A stretch of 13,476 nucleotides of DNA, taken from assembly GCA_052168235.1 (NCBI GenBank), contig JBQLZK010000111.1, positions 1 to 13,476 on the forward strand. The letters run 5' to 3'. The first letter of the stretch is position 1. Every line of letters starts with the position of its first letter. The position numbers were made by a program, and so were the translations under genes. The stretch is from Thainema sp. (GTDB taxonomy: Bacteria; Cyanobacteriota; Cyanobacteriia; Phormidesmidales; Phormidesmidaceae). This document shows positions 7,701-13,476 of the stretch, piece after piece. Below the pieces are notes generated by a model that did no database searches, had not been told where the DNA came from, and saw only the letters and a program-made list of their open reading frames with translations.

Positions 7701-10019
7701 CGCAACATAGTCTTCAAGCTGTTGAGGCTGTCCGGTTCGCACTACCTCGTCGTAGATGTTCATAATATGTTGTTCCGCGTCGGGTAAAAAATCGCGGATC
7801 GTCTTGCCAACGATATCGTGCATTCCCGTATGCTTCTCGAAAGCTGGGTTTGCCGTTACATAGCGGAAGTCGCTCGGTTGTCCGGCGGCTGTCTCAACTT
7901 TTTCGATGATGCAAAAGCCCTGCGCCATTGAAGTGAACAGCGATCGGTATTTCGCTTCCGATTCGCGTAAGCTTGCTTCGGCACGAGCGCGTTCGATGCG
8001 GAGCCAGAGGCGGGCGGAGATTTCCCGCAAAAGCTCGATTTCGTCCTCCCGCCAAACCGAAGGCTGGCTGCGCGCGACACCCAAATCGAAAACCCAGCGC
8101 CCATTACTCAAGTAGGGCGTGTTGACGATCGCAGCGATGTCGAACATCTCAAACGCGGCGATCTGTTCGGGCGATCGCGTGCCGTCGCGCACGTCGTTGA
8201 CAATCATCGAATGCCCGGCGCAGAGCAGACGGTGTTCCGCTTCGGTGTGGTAATCGGCAAGAACGAAGCTACCGCTGATTTCAAGCTGACCGGGGGGATG
8301 GCTGGGGAGCAGATAGGTGCATGTGCCCGCCTCCGGAAAAATCTCGACGAACATGAAGCGCGATAAATCGAGATATTCGGTGATGCGTTTGCCCGCCATT
8401 TCCATGATGTCTTCGGCAGTGGCAAGCGGCGCAAAATCGTTCATCAAATCGGCGAGAAACGTGAGATTGGCTTCGCGGCGTTTGCGATCGCTGATGTCGG
8501 TAAACAGCAGCGACACGCGGTTGTCGCCTGCCCCGCCGACGCGCAGCGCGTAAACGTCGTACCAGATGCCCATCGCTTCGGTGTATTGCACAAAGCGCAC
8601 CGACTGACCCGTTCGGGCGACTTCCGCGAACCGCTCGAACCAGAAGCGTTCGAGGTCGGGCTGAAACTCGCTGATGCGCTTACCGATTGGATTGATGAAG
8701 CCGGTCTGCTGCTCAAACGCCGGATTCGCTTCTAGATAAATCCAATCAACCACGTTGCCCTGGTCGTCCTCGATTAATTCAAAAATGCAAAAACCTTCAT
8801 CAATCGAATTAAACAACGTGCGGAATTTTTCTTCCGACTCGCGTAAGGCTTCTTGCGAGATCCGCTGCTCATGAAAGTCGGTCGCTGCGCCATACATCTT
8901 GACGACTTTGCCGCTTTCATCCTTAAGCGGAAATGCATTGACGACAAACCAGCGATACTCTCCGTCATGCCGACGAATGCGGTGCTCCTGTTGCAGCATC
9001 AAGCCCGATTCAACCGCTTCTCGGTAGCGGTGGGCAGATCCTTCGCGATCGTCAGGGTGAATTGCGTCTATCCACCCCCAGCCGGTTGCCTGCTCAAAGC
9101 TCTGCCCCGTGTAATCCATCCAGCGCTGGTTATACCAGTTGGTAGAGCCGTTCGGTTCGCTGTCCCACAGCAGGTCGGGGACGAGATTGGCGATGGACTG
9201 TGTTCGCGCTTCTGCCTGTTTGCGATCGCTAATGTCATAGGAAACCACCAGCACCGCATACACCTCACCGTCTGCCGAACACAGCGGCGTACCGCATGAG
9301 ATGTAAAAGCGGTCATGAGCCTGATGCTCGTGTTCGAAGGATTCACCCGCCAGCGCTTGGCGATACATTGGCTCATAACTGGCGGCGAGTTCCGGTGACA
9401 GCACCTCAAAGATCGTTCGCCCGACTAAATCTTCCGGTTCAAATCCGGCAGTATGGAGTGCCTTGCCCTCAGCCAGCCGATAGCGCAGATCACGATCAAC
9501 CACAAAGACCGCCCCTCCCGGCAAATTCTCAATCATTGCCTGTAGCAGAGCTGCTGATTGGGTTAGTGGGTTAATGGTTGATGGAGTTGATAGAGTAGCA
9601 GAGCCGATCGCAGTCTCAATCGCCTGTCGCAGGGTATCCGTCGTAATTTGATCCTGAACCAGATAATCGACGGCTCCGGCTTTTAGCGATCGCACTGCGA
9701 TTTCCGCTTTGTCATCCCCCACGACAATAATCGGCGGGCACTGTTCCTCCATCTGGTCGGCAAGTTGCTCCAGCAGCTCAAAACCGCGAGAGCCGGGATG
9801 ATGAAAAACCAAAACAATGCCATCAACTGGCTGAGAGCGACACACGGCTGCAATTGATCCATCGTAGGTTTCCGTCAAAAACTGATATGGTGTGCCAGCA
9901 TGATCCTCTAGCAGCCGCTGATAATGATGAGCGCTGCTAGGAGTCTGATCAATCACTAAGATGGTGTGATGCCGAAATGAGTCGCTTTGCAGATTACTGC
10001 TTGTTTGAGGAGGAGTCAT
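4773..10019 (-). CDS. Multi-sensor hybrid histidine kinase with two kinase cores (pseudoREC-PAS-PAS-PAS-GAF-PAS-GAF-HisKA-HATPase-REC-HisKA-HATPase), 1748 aa
   Basis: H-box 1 VSHEFRTPL (His 6966-6968) with NLLSNAFKFT, DTGIGI, GSGIGL; intact REC (VEDN...LTDIMMP, Asp 5784-5786...VKPF); H-box 2 VSHDLQTPL (His 5424-5426) with NLLSNAVKYT, DNGAGF, GTGVGL. Repeated PAS ends (DISDRK, NVSERK) and two GAFs ending W..dE.eL..ei..R.W. Confidence 0.95.
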   Translation of the reverse strand: MTPPQTSSNLQSDSFRHHTILVIDQTPSSAHHYQRLLEDHAGTPYQFLTETYDGSIAAVCRSQPVDGIVLVFHHPGSRGFELLEQLADQMEEQCPPIIVVGDDKAEIAVRSLKAGAVDYLVQDQITTDTLRQAIETAIGSATLSTPSTINPLTQSAALLQAMIENLPGGAVFVVDRDLRYRLAEGKALHTAGFEPEDLVGRTIFEVLSPELAASYEPMYRQALAGESFEHEHQAHDRFYISCGTPLCSADGEVYAVLVVSYDISDRKQAEARTQSIANLVPDLLWDSEPNGSTNWYNQRWMDYTGQSFEQATGWGWIDAIHPDDREGSAHRYREAVESGLMLQQEHRIRRHDGEYRWFVVNAFPLKDESGKVVKMYGAATDFHEQRISQEALRESEEKFRTLFNSIDEGFCIFELIEDDQGNVVDWIYLEANPAFEQQTGFINPIGKRISEFQPDLERFWFERFAEVARTGQSVRFVQYTEAMGIWYDVYALRVGGAGDNRVSLLFTDISDRKRREANLTFLADLMNDFAPLATAEDIMEMAGKRITEYLDLSRFMFVEIFPEAGTCTYLLPSHPPGQLEISGSFVLADYHTEAEHRLLCAGHSMIVNDVRDGTRSPEQIAAFEMFDIAAIVNTPYLSNGRWVFDLGVARSQPSVWREDEIELLREISARLWLRIERARAEASLRESEAKYRSLFTSMAQGFCIIEKVETAAGQPSDFRYVTANPAFEKHTGMHDIVGKTIRDFLPDAEQHIMNIYDEVVRTGQPQQLEDYVAALDLWIEAEVFPAQQPGQIAVLFSNVSERKRAEAQLRRAAEIDVFRVKLSDALRSLSNAVEIQATVTRITMNFFRADRCYYCEIIDGSSIIRQDASQADLPSVVGAYPLENSPLFKTMLDAGQPFVFEDVHTTNVLDENLRQTCIQLQIIAALMVPVIKQGEPVGILCITQTTLRNWTEFEMDLVEEIADRTWATIERTRAEAALRDAELQRVREQSAREQEQQRAESLAELNQAKTQFFSNVSHEFRTPLTLLLGPLEDAIESVDEWMSGSVDENPSTHPPIYPSTLQENLRLAHRNALRLLKLVNTLLDFSRVEAERLQVNYQPTDLATYTADLASMFRSTIESAGLRFTVDCPPLPESVYIDREMWEKIVLNLLSNAFKFTFEGEIRVSLRVGEWESAQVSDHSSTHRPIDPPTHPHFILTIRDTGIGIPPDELPHIFERFYQSKSNQGRSYEGSGIGLALVQELVKLQSGTVEVMSEVGQGTTFMVTVPMGSEHLSADARFSANWQSQMNPVAQSTNETPDPTMSTQANAFVKEAQSWQDFGFSIGDSGLQDTPNSDPQLNNPKSNLPKSKIQNPKSKILLVEDNADMRVYLQRLLDPYYEIDTAADGSEALATVQDALDHDGNGGPVYDLVLTDIMMPELNGFELLRSLRENPDTQEIPTILLSARAGEEAQIEGLEAGADDYLVKPFSARQLLARVDAHLKLAQMRREIVYQQQITREVQALNETLEQRVQARTAQLEAINQELDAFSYSVSHDLQTPLRYINSFVERLQTQLNADQVDADSSLRYLGIIEQAAGRAYQMINDLLEFSRMGKTPLTLTRVAMNELVEQVRSHLEPETIDRSIDWQIEPLPEVEGDPDLLRLVVQNLLSNAVKYTRDRAIATITIGSNAYDHEIIFFVQDNGAGFDMKYQDRLFGLFQRLHSQEQFAGTGVGLANVRRIIHRHGGRIWAEGAVDQGATFYFSLPKQEVLE
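5959..6072. repeat. Heptamer STRR-type repeat (GATTTTG)n with inverted partner, in frame in the HATPase-REC linker
   Basis: GATTTTG x4 at 5959-5986 plus further degenerate units; inverse arm AAAATCCAAAATCC at 6059-6072; encodes DFGFSIGDSGLQ...NPKSNLPKSKIQNPKSKI. Confidence 0.85.
6441..6518. repeat. 8-nt repeat insertion in the first HATPase of the 1748-aa kinase
   Basis: GATGGGTA GGTGGGTC GATGGGTC GATGGGTG GATGAGTG with inverse arm CTCTCCCACTCGCCCAC; encodes VGEWESAQVSDHSSTHRPIDPPTHPH before the G1 box. Confidence 0.8.
6838..6908. repeat. 8-nt repeat hairpin insertion between the HisKA helices of the 1748-aa kinase
   Basis: GTGGATGG GTAGATGG GTGGATGG GTGGATGG facing inverse CATCTAC...CACTCATCCACTCATCCAC; encodes VDEWMSGSVDENPSTHPPIYPST. 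Confidence 0.85.
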
Positions 10020-10023
10020 GCCA

Positions 10024-10320
10024 TCAGCTACTGATACCCCGATATTTTTCTAAAAAAGCCTTGCTGCCTTCTGACATGGCCTGATCGGAGGATTGACCCA
10101 ATTGATCTAAGACCGCTTCCACTTGTCGCAACGCCAGTGGAGAGGGTTGCATATGCCCGTTTTCCCAGCGGTTCAAGGTGCTAAAGCTCACTCCTAAAAC
10201 CTTAGCAAACTGCTCTTGAGTCTGTCCGGTGATCTGCCGCAAATCACGGATCAGTTGGCCAACTTTGGGCTGGTGTCGAGGAAAAGATGATGTAGAAGAA
10301 GATACCCGCTCTGACAGCAT
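10024..10320 (-). CDS. XRE-family helix-turn-helix transcriptional regulator
   Basis: LIRDLRQITGQTQEQFAKVLGVSFSTLNRWENGHMQPS is a canonical HTH_3/XRE signature; stop lies 4 nt from the kinase ATG. Confidence 0.92.
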   Translation of the reverse strand: MLSERVSSSTSSFPRHQPKVGQLIRDLRQITGQTQEQFAKVLGVSFSTLNRWENGHMQPSPLALRQVEAVLDQLGQSSDQAMSEGSKAFLEKYRGISS

Positions 10321-10726
10321 AAGTGCGATCGCTCATAACTCTCGTCCAAACTTATAGCGTCTGTTATGTTGACTTAATCTATCGGAGGAAATAAGGCCCT
10401 TTAAAAGGCACTTAACCCAACTGTCGATCTGGCTATTGCTCTCTGCATGAGGTCTGTCATACCAACCTGCCGCGATGCTGCAGCTTTACATTATGAGTTT
10501 TCTATGATCCGTTATTAAACTTAACGAAACAGCTTAATTGAAGTTCAACTTGCAATACATTTAACAACACAACATCGAGCTATGAATTGCCAGAATATTT
10601 GAGGAACTTTGCCAGGAACTTTGCATAAGATAGGCAAGTCTACTAACCCATTTCTCTTCTCATCACTTCTCATAATTTCTCTCAGCGTATTTTTGCCTCG
10701 TCCATAGCCGATTTTGGATATTCAAG

Positions 10727-13197
<2,471 letters not shown>

Positions 13198-13296
13198 CCT
13201 CCAAACGACTGATTTTTCAGCCTTTCAGCGGGCAGAGTTTGGTAACCCCATCCCCATCGGCGAATGTATCGATTATGAGAAAAACCTTAAAATCGC

Positions 13297-13326
13297 TTTA
13301 CAAAATTAGGATACATCTCTTAATAT
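13297..13326 (+). promoter_or_regulatory. psbA promoter (-35 TTTACA, 18-nt spacer, -10 TAATAT)
   Basis: TTTACA 13297-13302 and TAATAT 13321-13326, ~70 nt upstream of the psbA ATG; this layout is typical of cyanobacterial psbA promoters. Confidence 0.7.
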
Positions 13327-13395
13327 GGGCTCAAGAACGGCAACAAGCTGTTCTTTGAACCAAGACAATACATAACGTAGGACTAATTCATAACT

Positions 13396-13476
13396 ATGAC
13401 TACTACTCTCCAGCAGCGCTCTAGCGCCAACCTGTGGGAGCGGTTCTGTCAGTGGGTGACCAGCACCGATAACCGC
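13396..13476 (+). CDS. psbA: Photosystem II D1 protein, 5' end (27 codons, truncated by the window)
   Basis: Translates [27 protein letters not shown], the characteristic D1 N-terminus; AGGA at 13379-13382 upstream. Confidence 0.97.
   Translation, partial: MTTTLQQRSSANLWERFCQWVTSTDNR

Noticed and set aside
3500..8460. GAF domains as cyanobacteriochrome/phytochrome bilin-binding domains, and PAS as LOV
   Set aside because: No DxCF/DIP motif or CH chromophore-attachment motif in any of the three GAFs; no GxNCRFLQ in the PAS domains.
2265..9574. Many 60-216 aa ORFs antisense to or out of frame with the kinases (e.g. 6726-7376 +, 3272-3727 +, 8853-9299 +)
   Set aside because: Shadow ORFs fully overlapping well-supported genes, with no domain signatures.
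13201..13243. Intrinsic terminator after the HIT gene
   Set aside because: The CCAAAC/GTTTGG stem is interrupted, has a long loop and lacks a U-tract.
13286..13318. HLR1 direct repeat over the psbA -35
   Set aside because: One good half-site (TTTACAAA), but neighbouring candidates are degenerate and not at 2-nt spacing.

Overview
Cyanobacterial chromosomal window: about 21 HIP1 GCGATCGC sites and the start of psbA at the right edge. Left to right: two MITE-like hairpin elements; a candidate promoter and structured ~330-nt leader with a 12-aa uORF ahead of a classical SDR oxidoreductase (+); a convergent intergenic region with three levels of nested miniature elements, two with clear target-site duplications; a minus-strand signalling operon (XRE/HTH regulator, a 1748-aa kinase with a degenerate N-terminal receiver and two kinase cores, and an 855-aa REC-PAS-GAF hybrid kinase) carrying in-frame repeat insertions; a divergent TPR/M48 zinc metalloprotease with a long acidic repeat region; a HIT-family protein; and the psbA promoter, 5'UTR and first 27 codons. 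All calls are from motif reading by eye; no searches were run.
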